A stretch of 64,000 nt of DNA from Chrysemys picta bellii (taxonomy: Eukaryota). The translations under genes were made by a program, and so were the position numbers. The DNA lies in contig NC_088809.1 in NCBI RefSeq assembly GCF_011386835.1, forward strand, positions 10,540,001 to 10,604,000. The letters run 5' to 3'. Shown here in pieces: positions 26,635 to 39,230 of the stretch; within the stretch, counting starts at the first letter, position 1; the number at the start of each line of letters is the position of its first letter. Under the pieces are notes generated by a model. The model had not been told where the DNA came from. It did not search any database and saw only the letters and a program-made list of their open reading frames with translations.

Positions 26635-28528
26635 AATGGGAGAAAGGCATTGGAACCATCACTGGTAGGGCTGGTCCAAAAAAATAGGAAAATTCATAGT
26701 GAAAATGTTTAGAAAAAAATGTATCCTGGTTTTTCATTGAATATTTTGGAAATTTTTGACCAGTGGTTATCACTAGTAAGGCTAGAATGGCTGCCATGTT
26801 TCACGCCTGAAATGACAGGCACTTGTACGTAAGAGCTTGTACAGTAGTTCTGAAAATTGTTATGAGGCTTACAAAAGGTCGACAGAACACTTAGCATCAA
26901 GATTCAAGGCGTTTTTCACCCTGAATTAGTGTGTTGCCAATGGCTGCAGAATAGGAGCTGACAGCCTGGTCTCGCTGCTTTGTGAGGATCAGCATCCGTG
27001 AAACAAACAGCCGAGACGCAGATTCGGGTCTGTGTTTCTCAAAATACGTTTGTGCATTGCACAAATATTAATTAATTCTCACAACTTACCCCTGAGGAAT
27101 AGGTAAGTAAGTAGTAGTATTCCCATTTTACAGATAGGGAAAGTGTGATACATGGGTCCCACGTATGCAAACCTGTCCTGCATGGAATTTCCATTGAAGT
27201 CAATGGGAGTTGCACATATGAAATGTTTTTGCCCAGAAAGGTTAAAATGACTCGTCCACTCAGTGAGGAGGGGAATGATTCCGGAACAGAAACTCCTGAT
27301 TTCCCTCTTCTTCCTTCTTTCAAGCCAGCAGATTCTTTCAAACAGAAGAAATGTTGTTTCTTCTTTGTAACATCTCATTTTCGTGTGTTCCTCCCTCCCT
27401 TTGTTTGATTTATCCATCTGATGTCTACAGCCTTACTCTGAGACTATAAGCTCTGTGGGGCAGCATATGTATGTAAAGTACCTGGTACAATGGGACCCTG
27501 GCATCCGAGTGCTGCTATTCCTACTCCCACTAATTAATAATAAAGTGTGGTGAGTGCACCTTGCCCTTCTCACCTCTCCTACTAGACGTGGCTCAAAGAG
27601 GAGGAAACAAGATCCACAATTGTATTTCCTCCATTGTAAGCAACATGAAGGTGAACTTCAGCTGTGGCTCTGCGTAGCCAGTGAGAACCTGTCTCTGCTT
27701 TTGCAGGAAAGGCGGCAGCAGCTCGACGTACATTCTATATTTAAATATCTGCAGATTAGCAGCAGTGATGACCAGGAAAATAAACTGCTGCTGATTCATT
27801 GTGTTATACAAAATTGATTCCCGCCTTAGGCATAGCTCTGAGCTACAAGATATTTTTACAAGATTTAAAATGTGAACGCGTCAGCTTCCAAGGCAATTGC
27901 AAAAGGCATAAAAGGCAGAACAATCCTCGCCTGAGAGCTTGTTATAAATCTGGTCTGAAAAGTATGTTAATCAATGATAGGGACTCTAAACTGAAGTGGA
28001 AGGGTCTGTCACTTTGCCATTTCTAGACATTTATGCATTATTTTTTCCCCAGGAGCTACTGATAGGCCTTTCCCAGGAAACAGAAAATAGGTTGTACAGT
28101 ATATGTTTCATTCCAGTGTCTGTCAATCAGATCGTCTCTTGTCAATCTACATGAGGTATCTATAGTTATCTTGGAAATAATCTTCACTTGTTTAATATGT
28201 ATTGATTTTATAAGCTGCCCTACAAGTTCCGTCTGCCCGTGCCTATGTTATACGTTTGTAAGTGGACAGCATCATAAACACAAAGCATGACTTTTATTTA
28301 ACAGCTAACTGTATATTCCTCAAAAGGAATATAAAGCTACTTGTGCAAATAACTTCCGTACATCCTACCAAAGTGGGATTTCATTAGCAGCTCATTAGTT
28401 ATGAATAATGAAAGCTTCTTGTGTAAGCAGAAGTGGGAGATTGCATTTGAACCTGAGAGATGATGGAATGGTTAGAGGGCGGACTGATGAAAGGGGAATC
28501 AAGCAGGGTCAATCATTTGCACTATGTT

Positions 28529-28877
28529 CAGAGGTGAAAGTGGGCTAGTACGGTGTACCGGGTGTAAGAAGTGGCCCATACGCAGCTGACATTAAAGAGT
28601 TGCTGTCCCTTTTGCCCCTGTCGGCGGCCCTGCCAGTAGGGTCCCTACCAGCAGGGCCACTGATGGGGGGAGGTGGGGGGGGCAAAAGGGGCAGCTGCCC
28701 CAGGGCCCCTGGCAGCAGCCGGAGCCCCGGGCCCTTTAAATTGCCGCCAGAGTCCCGGCGGGCGTGGGCTGAGCAGCGCGGAAGCCCCCAGCCCCACCCT
28801 TTCTGCCCGAGGCCCCTGCGCCTTCCGAGGGCCTGGACCTGGGCCCCCATAAGTCTTTTATCTTACTTTCACCCCTG
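28529..28877. mobile_element. Non-autonomous hAT element (family of 9444-9703)
   Basis: TIRs CAGAGGTGAAAGT / ACTTTCACCCCTG; perfect TSD ACTATGTT. Confidence 0.9.
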
Positions 28878-29662
28878 ACTATGTTACAGACAGTTTGCTA
28901 GAGAATGTGTCCAGTGTTTGGGTAAGAGTTGAGAAATGTTCATGTGTGTTCACTTGGCTAGTGGTAATATTAATAGGAGGAGCTTTGAGCGAGGAAGAAC
29001 GACCTGGCAGGTAAAGCACCGTGCTAGAACGCAGGGGACCTGGGTTTCATCCTTGGCTCTGCTACAATATTCCTATTTAGAGCTGGTTGGGAATTTTTCG
29101 ACCAATTGTTTTTTCAGCCCAAAATACTGATTTGTTTAAACCAAAACTGTTAGGAAAACAGGATCCGGTCTGACAAATTTCCCAACTCAAAGTAAAGGAA
29201 AAAAGTTCTGAAATTTTCAAAACAGTTCTAAATGAAAAATGCTTTTCTGGTTTGAAATAACTTTTCATTTCAAGGTTTAAACTAATTAGACTGAAGGGGG
29301 AAAAAAAATCAACGATTGGAAAAAAGGTCAACATTGAAATGAAATGTTTCAATTGACCTGAAATGGAAAAACATATGTTTGGTTCCTAAAGATTTTCAAT
29401 ATTTCCATTTTTTGGTCCCAATTCATGCCCAGCTATTTTCACATGTGACCTTAGACTACAAGATGTGGAAGGGTCTGAACTAGCCCATGGCTGGCCCCAG
29501 AATTAGAGGGGCATAAATGTAGCAGAGCATAGGTGGACTAGATGGGTCTGGTCCTTAAAATCCAAGCCTTCCAAAAGATCAGGAATGTAAGGAGAGTATG
29601 TGCAGGCATAGCCAGGTGCAAATCTCAGAAAGGATAGTGGAGAAAAGTAACATCAATTCATG

Positions 29663-29710
29663 AGTACTATACTGCACTATGAAGATAGTACTATACTGCA
29701 CTATGAAGAT
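29663..29710 (+). repeat. Perfect 24-bp tandem duplication
   Basis: AGTACTATACTGCACTATGAAGAT x2. Confidence 0.95.
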
Positions 29711-29928
29711 CAAAGGACCTGATTCTCCCATGCCTTTTACTCAAATGTCTGTTTTAAGTGAGCAACGTTGCCAACCAACTCTCATGGTTTTATTGTGAGT
29801 TTTGCAATATTTGGCGTCTTTTGTTCAGCCCCAACTCCTCAAGTCCTGGGAATATGTGAGAATCTCAGTTTTTATTTATAGATAGTAAAATACTAACCCT
29901 CGTGGTTGCAAAGGAAGGCTTGAAAATA

Positions 29929-30099
29929 CACCTCTACCTCGATATAACGCTGTCCTCGGGAGCCAAAAAATCTTACCACGTTCTAGGTGAAACCGCGTTC
30001 TATTGAACTTGCTTTGATCCACCGGAGTGCACAGCCCTGCCCCCCCGGAGCACTGCTTTACCGTGTTATATTGGGTCACGTTATATCGGGGTAGAGGTG
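29929..30099. mobile_element. Tc1/mariner (Tigger-like) MITE nested in an older element
   Basis: TIRs CACCTCTACCTCGATATAAC / GTTATATCGGGGTAGAGGTG, flanked by TA on both sides; the host element (~29762-30200) resembles 58083-58380. Confidence 0.85.
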
Positions 30100-32739
30100 T
30101 ATTGCCCAAGTACACCACAAAAGTGCAAAAATTAAGAGGAATCCCACACGTAAGCTTTTTAAACCGATCTCATGATTTTGGGGGGCTAGACTCTTGCTTT
30201 TTTTTTTTTTTTTCAATGCTTGGGATTGGCAATCCTGAGTGGATGCAAAATGCCAAGTACCATTTAAATCCCTTTGCACAGCCGAATATGCCTGCATAAA
30301 GTGCCAAGCTATGGAGAATCAGGCCCAAATGCTTCCTCAGCAAACCACCAAAACAACCAACCAAAAATGCACTCAGAACAAAGGAATTACCTATGGAATA
30401 GAAAGTACAGCCTTGGAACAGTTAAGCGAACTGTATTGATGAAGCTGAGAGCACAGACTATATTAACATATGACTAACGTCAGCAAAAGCACATCTCCCA
30501 TCTAGGAAAACATGTCTTTGTCACAGGTCACAGACTGAATGCCGACAGAACAAAACCAATTACTGGGAGAAAGAGGAAAAAAAAGGTGTTGGTGGGAAAT
30601 GAGGGCAGCTTTTAATAGGGCTCTTGTGTGAAAATCACAAGCAAATGCACATTTTACAGTAAAAAAATCACAGCTTCTTTTCACACAAAATAAAAGCAAT
30701 AACGCTTTTGCAAAAAAATCAAAAACGATATCACTTCTCATTGGTGTACTTCTGTGGGGGGTTTAAACTGTAATCATAATGAAAACTCTAAAAATCACAA
30801 GACTTGGCAACATTGTTTTTCTGTAACTCTCTTATTTTTTCTAGACTCCTTTTCATTGCACCCCAGGTACTTGGCACGTGTTCTCCAACTCTACCACCAC
30901 AAGACAGGACGCATTCGATCCTTTGCCCAACATCGGCCTATATGGACTCTCCTTTGAAGTCTAATGGTTGCCTTGCCCAATATGGATCTGATTCAAAATC
31001 CTTTGAAGTCAATGTGAGTCTTTCATTTGAAATCAATGGAAATGTTCCTACTGACTTCAAAGGGCTTTGGCTCTACGCCCAAGATTTTCCATCCATATGT
31101 TAATACAAACCCTTCTATTAGCTTTTTTCCCATGAGAAGTAACAATTATTGAACAACATCTTCTCATTGGTGGTGGCTAACCATCACACAGCTGACTTCA
31201 GCTAGTTAACATAACGCAATACTATTGGTTGAAATGCCAAACCATGAGGCCGTGTCTTCATTGACACAACAGTGTATTTTAACAGTGAGATAATTATCAC
31301 ACAATAAGTATCTTGCTATAAAATCCCAAGAGGAGACACGACACTTGTAATGTTTACCGCTATGAAGTCACCACTATACACTACACATCTCACCCCACCT
31401 GTAGTTGGCCTTGCCTAGTTACCTCAAAGTAAAACTAAAGTGCGCTCTCTTCACTATTTGTTAAAAACACACCTATTTTTTTTCAGTGAAGGCAGCCTGA
31501 GTTATCATGCCATCTTAGATTTCTTTCCATTTCCTGAAAGTCTCCTTTCATAGCAATAATGCCATAGACATGAAAACAATATCTGCCTTGTTCCATCACA
31601 GTCCGCAGGCAAGAAGAATAATTTGTTTATACCCAAGTTGGATCCTGCAGAGGAATATGTCTGTTATGAAAGACTCCCAGTCTAATGTTGGTCTGCTAGG
31701 AACTGAGGAGCATCAAAACTAGGTTAGCAGGAAGTGTTGCACAAGAAGGTTTTCATGTACAAAGGCCCAGGGAATATGCTGAGTGCATCAGAATTATGGA
31801 GCAGCACCATTTTTGCTGCTATGAACTTAATGAACATCTGTCCATAGGACATCAAGTGTGAATTCCTTGGCTCAGATAAGGGCTGACTCTCTGTAGAAAC
31901 ATGGAGGAAGCTCCCTTTATCCAGCTGCAGGATTGCAGAGCACATAGAAGGAATTTGCATTAAAGGCATAAGAGTACATTATGTGGGGGGAGTGCAAGGG
32001 GAGCCCACAATGCACACACTAAAAAAAGACAGGTGAAACTTTCACTACTCCAGTGAATGGTTTCCCTGACAGAGGAATTCTGGGTGAGTCAAACTTCGGG
32101 GGGGGATCCCGGCTGCTGTACATACCCATCTGCTCCTCCCAAACCCCAAGCTGGAAAGCCACAATATAGTCCTTAACTAGCCATCAGTTAAAAATAAAGA
32201 GCAGTTTAAAGTGACATGTTATTTATTAGCTGTTAATATACCTGGCTGAAATATTTTGATTAGAACATTTTCCCACTGGAAAATGTGGTTTCATTGAAAT
32301 AGAAATTCTCTCCATGAAAATTTTGATTTCGATTAAATACTTTCACTTTCTGTTGGGAAATGCAAACGTACACATTTTGTTTTGGGTCAACATTTTGTAA
32401 CAAAGAAAGTAGTTTCAAAATGTGTCTTCAAAACAAATAAAATCATTGTACATTCATGTTTCAAAACAAGAAACGTTTAAATGTTTAGTATTGATTGAAA
32501 ATGTGGATTTTTGACATTTTCAAACTTATGACATTTTCAGAACCTTTCATGATGCTATTTTTTAAAAATCATTTTACTTTTCATTCTGATTTGGGATCCA
32601 AATAAATGTCAAAATATTGGAATTTTCCCATGGGATGGAAATTGCATTTTCCAACCAGCTGGCATATGGCAGCAATCAGGATTTTGAATGGCTTTTATTA
32701 TTACTGGGGGAGATTTTCAAAGACACAAAAGGAACTTTC

Positions 32740-33146
32740 AGTACTTGTGGCACCTTAGAGACTAACAAGTTTATTTGAGCATAAGCTTTTGTGTGCTAAA
32801 GTCCACTTCATCAGATGCATGCAGTGGAAAATACAGTAGGAAGATACCACACAGAGAGAACATGAAAAAATGGGTGTTGCCATACCAACTCTGAGACTAA
32901 TTGATGAAGGTGGGCTATTATCAGCAAAAGAAACCTTAATCAATTAGTCTCCCTTGGTATGGCAACACCCATTTTTTCATGTTCTCTGTATATATCTTCC
33001 TACTGTATTTTCCACTGCATGCATCTGATGAAGTGGGCTTTAGCCCATGAAAGCTTATGCTCAAATAAATGTGTTAGTCTCTAAGGTGCCACAAGTACTC
33101 CTCGTTCTTTTTGCTGATACAGACGAACACGGCTACCACTCTGAAA
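32740..33146 (+). mobile_element. Penelope-like element remnant: ~170-bp inverted arms plus 3' extension
   Basis: Arms 32740-32910 and 32934-33099 are reverse complements; tail to 33146; TSD AAAAGGAACTTT (32727-32738) / AAAAGAAACTTT (33146-33157). Confidence 0.85.
33021..33060 (+). ncRNA. Minimal type-I hammerhead ribozyme motif, core intact
   Basis: GCAU-CUGAUGA-A-GUGGGCU UU AGCCCAU-GAA-AGCU-U-AUGC: stem I GCAU/AUGC, stem II hairpin, palindromic helix III, predicted cleavage after 33056. Confidence 0.75.
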
Positions 33147-33182
33147 AAAGAAACTTTGGCACCCAATTCCCATTGACTTTCA

Positions 33183-33490
33183 GGGTGTGTCTATGCAGTC
33201 CGTGGCAACAAGTCTCAGAGCCTGGGTCAAAAGACGGACTCTTTGGGCTCATGCTATGTCATTAAAAACATCTGTGTAGACATTCAGGTTTGAGCTGGAG
33301 CGTGGACTCTGAAGCTCAATCCCCTCCCTAGGCTTTAGAGCCCAAGCCCAAACGTCTACCCAGCTATTTTTAGTGCTGTAGCGTGAGCCTGATTGCATCA
33401 ACCCCGGTTCTGAGACTCGCTGGGTAGACACACCCTCAGGAGTTGGGTGCCCTTTGTGACCGGCTGTGCTAGGATCTGTATAGACAAGTA
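33183..33490. mobile_element. PIF/Harbinger-type MITE (degraded)
   Basis: GGGTGTGTCTATGC start and internal GTGTAGACA motifs like other copies in the window. Confidence 0.5.
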
Positions 33491-36400
33491 ACAAAGAAGA
33501 CAGTCCTGCACTCAGGGAACCTACAGTCTAGATCACAGTAGGCGGATGAAACAGACAAATTAGAGGGGGAGTTGGGAGGGATGAGTTAATAATAAAATGA
33601 ACAGAAATAAGCAGACGTTAAAATGAATTTTTAAAAAATGTCCAAACTCAGAAGATGAAGGATTGAGAAGAGGATTAAAAAAGAGAAAAGAAAAGAAAGA
33701 AACTAAATTAGAAAGAGGGAAAAAAACCAATTTAGATAGAAAATGAAGATGAGCCGACTATTAAAAAGAAAGTGAGTTCTCCGACTTTGGAAAGGAAATG
33801 GCCAAATCTATAGTAGGTTAATTACTTAAAGCACTTAATGAAACTGTCTGTATGAAAATACATTAATCAGTAATTGACAAAGTAGCAGAGAGATAAGATG
33901 CAAGTATAAAAGTAAACAGAGGTTTTAAAAGAAATTAGATAATACCACTGAACTCCACAGCTATCGCTTTACTTTTGAAATTTCTCTATTTCTCTCTTCT
34001 TGTACAGTCACTATCAAACTCCATGTGGATTAGTGCCCCAGCACTATAGGCCTTGATCCTGCAAAGACTTACCCATGTGCCTAACTTAACACATTGTAAG
34101 CAGTCCCTCCATTAAAGCTAGGGGCAGAATAGATCCTCAGCTGATGTCAATGCTCATAGGCTCCGTTGTCTCAATGGAGCTGTGAAAAGTTTGCTCCAAA
34201 TCGAAGATCTACCCTGTGGTATGTAAAATGGAACACATGCATTTGCAAGATTGGGGCCTTAGAGATTGTCGCACTAGAAATGCCCAGACCAGCTTAGCAA
34301 TAGAAAGGCTATCGATCACCAGAACAGATTACCAAGTGATGGAGCTGTCGCTGGGTGAAATTTCATGGTCTGTGTTATGCAGCCGGTCACACTAGCTCTA
34401 GATAGTCAGTCTTTTTCTCTCTGTCCGTGTTAAACACCCATTCTCACAAATTCAGTGGTTTGAGTTCATGATTAAGGTGAAATGTCATCGGTGAGCCAGA
34501 CTCTCAGGCTCAATTACACAGTAGTAAAGGTGCAGCAATCCCTTACTGTTGCATATACCGACTCTGCACCGAGTAGAGTGACCATGGGAACAATCTAATC
34601 TGGTGCAGAAGAGGTTGGAGAAATGATATACCTTTTCCATGTGAGACAGAATGCTCAGGTGCTTGGAGGGGGCAGGGGCCCAGGTCCAGGCCCCAGTCCA
34701 GCAAAGCCCTTAAGCAAGCACTTAACTCTGTGCATGTGAGTAGTCTAACTGAAGCCTATATCAGGCTGGTTTGAGGCAACAATGCGCATGAGATCCCTCC
34801 CTGCCTTCAAGGATGGTCCTCTCTGGATACTAATCCCATCTCACTCTGTAAATTACTGGAGCTCTAGAAGGGAAAGGAGAGGAATTGATATTGGAATAGA
34901 GGATCTGGCCCTTAGTATAGTTTGGGGGAGTGGAGGTCGTGAAAAGGAATTTCTGGCTCCTTACCCAATATTCTTTTGCATGTACAGCTTTCCCCAACTA
35001 GTCAATAGAATTACACCAATTAAAGGGAGAAATGAAGTGCGTACAGAGGATCAGGTTTCCAATGCAAATATTCATGACTGGGCCAGTGGACAGGGCACTG
35101 CACTGGGACTCAGGAGACCTAGATTCTATTCCCAGCTCTGCCACTGACTTGATGTGTGACCTTGGGCAAGTCACTTCACTGCTCTGTGCCTCTGTCCCCC
35201 CTCCCCCACAATTATGCTGTCTTATCTATTTAAACTGTAAGGACCAGATTCTCCAAGGTATTTAGGCTCCTAACTTCCAGTGAAATGATTGATCTCATGA
35301 TTTCAATGGAAAGTTAGGGGCCTAAATACTTTTGAGGATCTAGACCTAGGTTCTTTTGGGCCAAGAACTGTTTCCTCCTAGGTGTTCGTACAATGCCCAC
35401 CACAATGGGGCCCTGATTGCCGTTAGGAGCTCTAGGCTCTACAATAGATAAATAAATAATAATTAATTTTCCACTTCAGACTGCTCTCTGAGAATGAGCT
35501 GCAGTATTTATGTACAATTTGCTATTTCAGAAAGTGCTCTGATAGGAAACAGATCTGCTAGAATATAGTCATGGAAAGTGAGCATAAAAGGAGTGGGAAA
35601 ATGGTCCATGTGAATTCCTTAAAAAATTCAAAGGAACACTGTGCATAATTGTTTGCAGTGTTTGCCCAGCTCTAGCAATACCCTAGATAAACAAAGCACA
35701 TGGGAGACAAGATAAAAAGAAGAGTCACTCTGTCCTTTACAAAGTCTTTGTTAGCGAACTCAAAATGCAAGTACATTACCCCAACAAGGGAACTGCATCC
35801 TCCACTTGCAGGAATATGGACTTAAGGAGCTATAAGTCTTTTCCTTCTCTAACCTCATTACAGGGTAAAGGGAATGCAATAATAAAGAACTTGCTTGCCA
35901 TTGAAGCAATTATAAAAAAATTCAATATTCACAGGGCCCAAATGATTGTGTCCCCCAGCTCAGAGGTCAAATCCGAGACTGCACTGCAAATGCAGAGAAA
36001 ATTACTTTTTCACATGGCACAACCGTCAGCTCCTTATAAGCAAGGAGTTTGCATCTGACTGTTCATAACAGTCAAATGCCTTTTACATATAAAATCATTA
36101 TACATTTTTAAAGTGGGAAAAGCCCTTATCAATTCTGGCCATTCACTTCTTGTTTTCCTTTCCAATTGTCAAGGGGCCAGATTGCTGGAACAATGCTGAT
36201 GTGCACAAGTTGAGTATCTGGCCCCTAATTTTGGTCTTTACACTTGTTATTCGTGGGGTGGAGGGGGGAGGTTGGGGACAGGGGAAGGGGAAGGATAACT
36301 AGCTACCACTAGCTTGTATCAGGCTGCAACTTTATTATTGTTTCACTGATGTATAGTGATTCGTTAGATTTCACAATGCTGAGAAAATCAGTGCTTCAGA

Positions 36401-37084
36401 AAAATTCATCTCCACCATTATTGATGTTCTGTCAGCAACAGTGTTCTAATATTCTCTCCAGAGAAACTAATGACACTGACAAAACACACTGAACTGCTGT
36501 TCCCTTCGAAACATCTAGATTAAAGACAGCAGTTCTGTTTGCGAGGAACATTATTTAATGATGACAAACCGTTATCTGTTTTTTTTTTCTTTTTATTAAC
36601 AACAAAACATTTGGCCTTTTCCCCCTGACGAACTTTTGGAAATGTGATCTGGCAGTTATACTTGTGCTGATACAGTTTTAGTGTAACAGATACTACACAA
36701 CTCCCATAACTTCAGTGGGAATTGGATCAGGCCCACAGACCTCTGTGAAAGCAGAATATAAAATTTTACTTTTTGTTAATATTCACAGAAGCTTTTCTCC
36801 CTCCCCATAACATCACCCAGTAATGGTTAGGCTGCTGGTGTGCTGAGACCACAGCCTGTCATGCCTGACAAGTATTGTCTGATTCTTTCCTTGTGTTTCC
36901 CCATCAGTCTGTCTGTATCCATCTGTTGTCTTTTGTCTTGTATTTAGATTGTAAGCTCCTTGGGGAAGGGATTGTCTTTTTGTCCTGTGTTGTACAATGC
37001 CCACCACTAGTCCTGGTCCATGAATGGCTAGGCACTACCATAATGCAAACAAATAAATAATCTGGTGGTGTATAAGGAAGAAAA

Positions 37085-37735
37085 TGGTACCGGAACTTTA
37101 TATGGGGCTTGCTCAAGCCACGTATGTATGTGTAGCATCAACAGTCAGAACTTCCACTGGTAAAAGTAGGAATGCATCAGGGATCAGCATTGAGCCCTTT
37201 CTTGTTTTACCCCCTCCCGGATATCCTCACAGGGAAGGTACAGAAGGTGGCACCCTGAGGACACGCTCTTTGCAGATGATCTCATTCTATGCAGCGAGGA
37301 GAAAGATAGTCTAGCAGAGGATCCTGATAAGTGGAGGGATGTTTTGGAGAGGCATGAGTCCAAAATAAGCAGAGGAAAAACAGAGTATATGGTATATCAT
37401 TTCAATAATGTGAACACAGAAGAATTATCCTTGAAACTAGGGATACGTCTATACGGCAAAGAAAAACTCGCAGCTGGCCCATGCCAGCTGACTCGGATGG
37501 CTCTAGGAGAGTCCCAGAGCTTGGGCTCCAGCCCAAACCCGGAAGTCTACACAGCAGTGAAACAGTCCATGGTCTGAGCTCTGTGAGCTCGAGTTGGCTG
37601 GCATAGGCCAGCTGCGGGTGATTGGTTGCTGTGTAGACATATGCTAGATGGGCAGACAATACCAATGCCACAAAGTTTCAAGTATCTGGGTTCCTGTTTC
37701 TGGGGAAATGGAAGAATAATAATGAGAATTTGCTG
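37085..37735 (+). mobile_element. Degraded RTE-clade LINE reverse transcriptase fragment, interrupted by a MITE
   Basis: Translates with frameshifts to QGSALSPFL...TLFADDLILCSEE...KISRGKTEYM...LKL|DGQTIPMPQSFKYLGS. Confidence 0.75.
37441..37644. mobile_element. PIF/Harbinger-type MITE inserted in the RTE fragment
   Basis: Ends GGATACGTCTATAC / GTGTAGACATATGC; 3-bp TSD (CTA or TAG); excision restores the frame LKLDGQ. Confidence 0.8.
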
Positions 37736-37824
37736 ATTTGGTTAAGGATGAAATTATGACAGTGAACACAGCATCATTTTTTCTCAGACATTCAACTTTG
37801 TGCAGTAATCCTGTATGTTCCAGC

Positions 37825-38200
37825 AAACTGAACAAGATTAGACCGATTTAGTACGTCACCTCCAGTGAAACCTTGGTGCTTCACAAAGCAATGTGTTTAG
37901 TTCAATAGCTAGTCCTCTTAATCTGAGTAAATACCCCAGCCTGACATTAGGGGGCACGGGTGGTGCAATGTTATGGATGAGACAAAAAGCGAAGATGGTG
38001 ATCACTTGCAAGTTCTAAAGGTTTCATAGCATTCCACATTTTCCATCCTAAACTGTTCTATGCTGTTAAACATCAGCTCTGTTTCACCTCAGACATGGCT
38101 ACATTTTAGTAGGTGTTGGAGGGATTTCTGAAAGTAGTTTGTATTACATTTGTAAAGTGCTTTGACAAAGAGGGCATATCAGTGTATGTTATGCATTAAT
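37825..38200 (+). mobile_element. AmnSINE1 with internal deletion
   Basis: ACCTCCAGTGAAACCTTGGTGCT...CCCCAGCCTGACATTAGGGGGCAC...GGATGAGACAAAAAGCGAAG...TCCTAAACTGTT...TTTGTAAAGTGCTTTG follow the remembered consensus in order. Confidence 0.7.
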
Positions 38201-39230
38201 GATGGTTATTGTGATTACTAAAATGGTAAAGATCTGCCTTGGAAGTGAATCACAAATGAGACAAATTTGCTCTGGACAGAATTTTGCTGAGAGATGAGCC
38301 CCAACCAAAACCGTGGATCCCAACTCCAGATTCACAACTGGGTCTAGACCTGAGTTCACACCTCAAACTTACTTTTGTTTTGGACTGAATATAGGCTGGG
38401 ATTTTCAGAAGAGCCTCTGGGAGTTAGGTGCCCAGTTCTCATTGAATTTCTTAAGCCTCTTTGAAATTCAAAGCCCAAATCTGAACATTCTGATTTTTGG
38501 GAACATTTTGATTCTAATCTGGAGTTTTGAACTCACAAGCTTGGGAGTATTTGGCTCTGGTTCTATCCATTTCATAGATATGAAATTTAGGTCTGGAGTT
38601 AGGATCTGAGGTTTTGGTTTGAGACGGTTTGTCGTTTAATGGTTTTTGCTGTGAGTCTCATGGTGGCAAAAACACCTTTTGTGTTTGGAGAAAAACAAAC
38701 AGTCTAAAAATGTGAGCCAAAAATTGTAAAATGGTTTGCTCTTTCTGAGCACATGGAATGGGGTGAATTATTTTTCCACAAAGCACAATGCCTTTTAATT
38801 TTATCAGTGAACAAAAACTCTGTGAACCCAATTGAATACTGACATGAACAGATCCAGTTCTCAGTTCAGTCAAATGAACCAAGTGACCATTTACATTGTG
38901 GAATTGCTAAGCCTGGAGATGGAAATCCTTTGTGTACAGACTAGCAGCAGAGGTTGTTGCAATACTATATTCCAGCCAATGTTCCTCAGCCTTGAAGTAG
39001 AGGGAAAGAGGAACAAACTCCAGAAGGGTGAGAGACCAATTTAGTTTCCATGGTCATCCAATCCTTGACTTTTCTGCTGAGACTAGAGAGGTGTGAAACT
39101 GTTAGATACAAAAATCCTCCCACCCCTAGTAAAATGCAGATTTGGGTCAACTGAAACATTTAGCAAACTCATGTTGAATTCTCTGAATTATTTCAGTCAG
39201 GAAAAAAAAAAAAATCCCAACATTTGAAAC

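Noticed and set aside
32740-33146. CRISPR-like or prokaryotic interpretation of the recurring repeats
   Set aside because: No regularly spaced repeat-spacer array and no cas genes; the context is vertebrate with spliceosomal introns.
33600-33800. Lys/Glu-rich reading frame followed by GTGAGT
   Set aside because: Purine-rich low-complexity DNA with in-frame stops.
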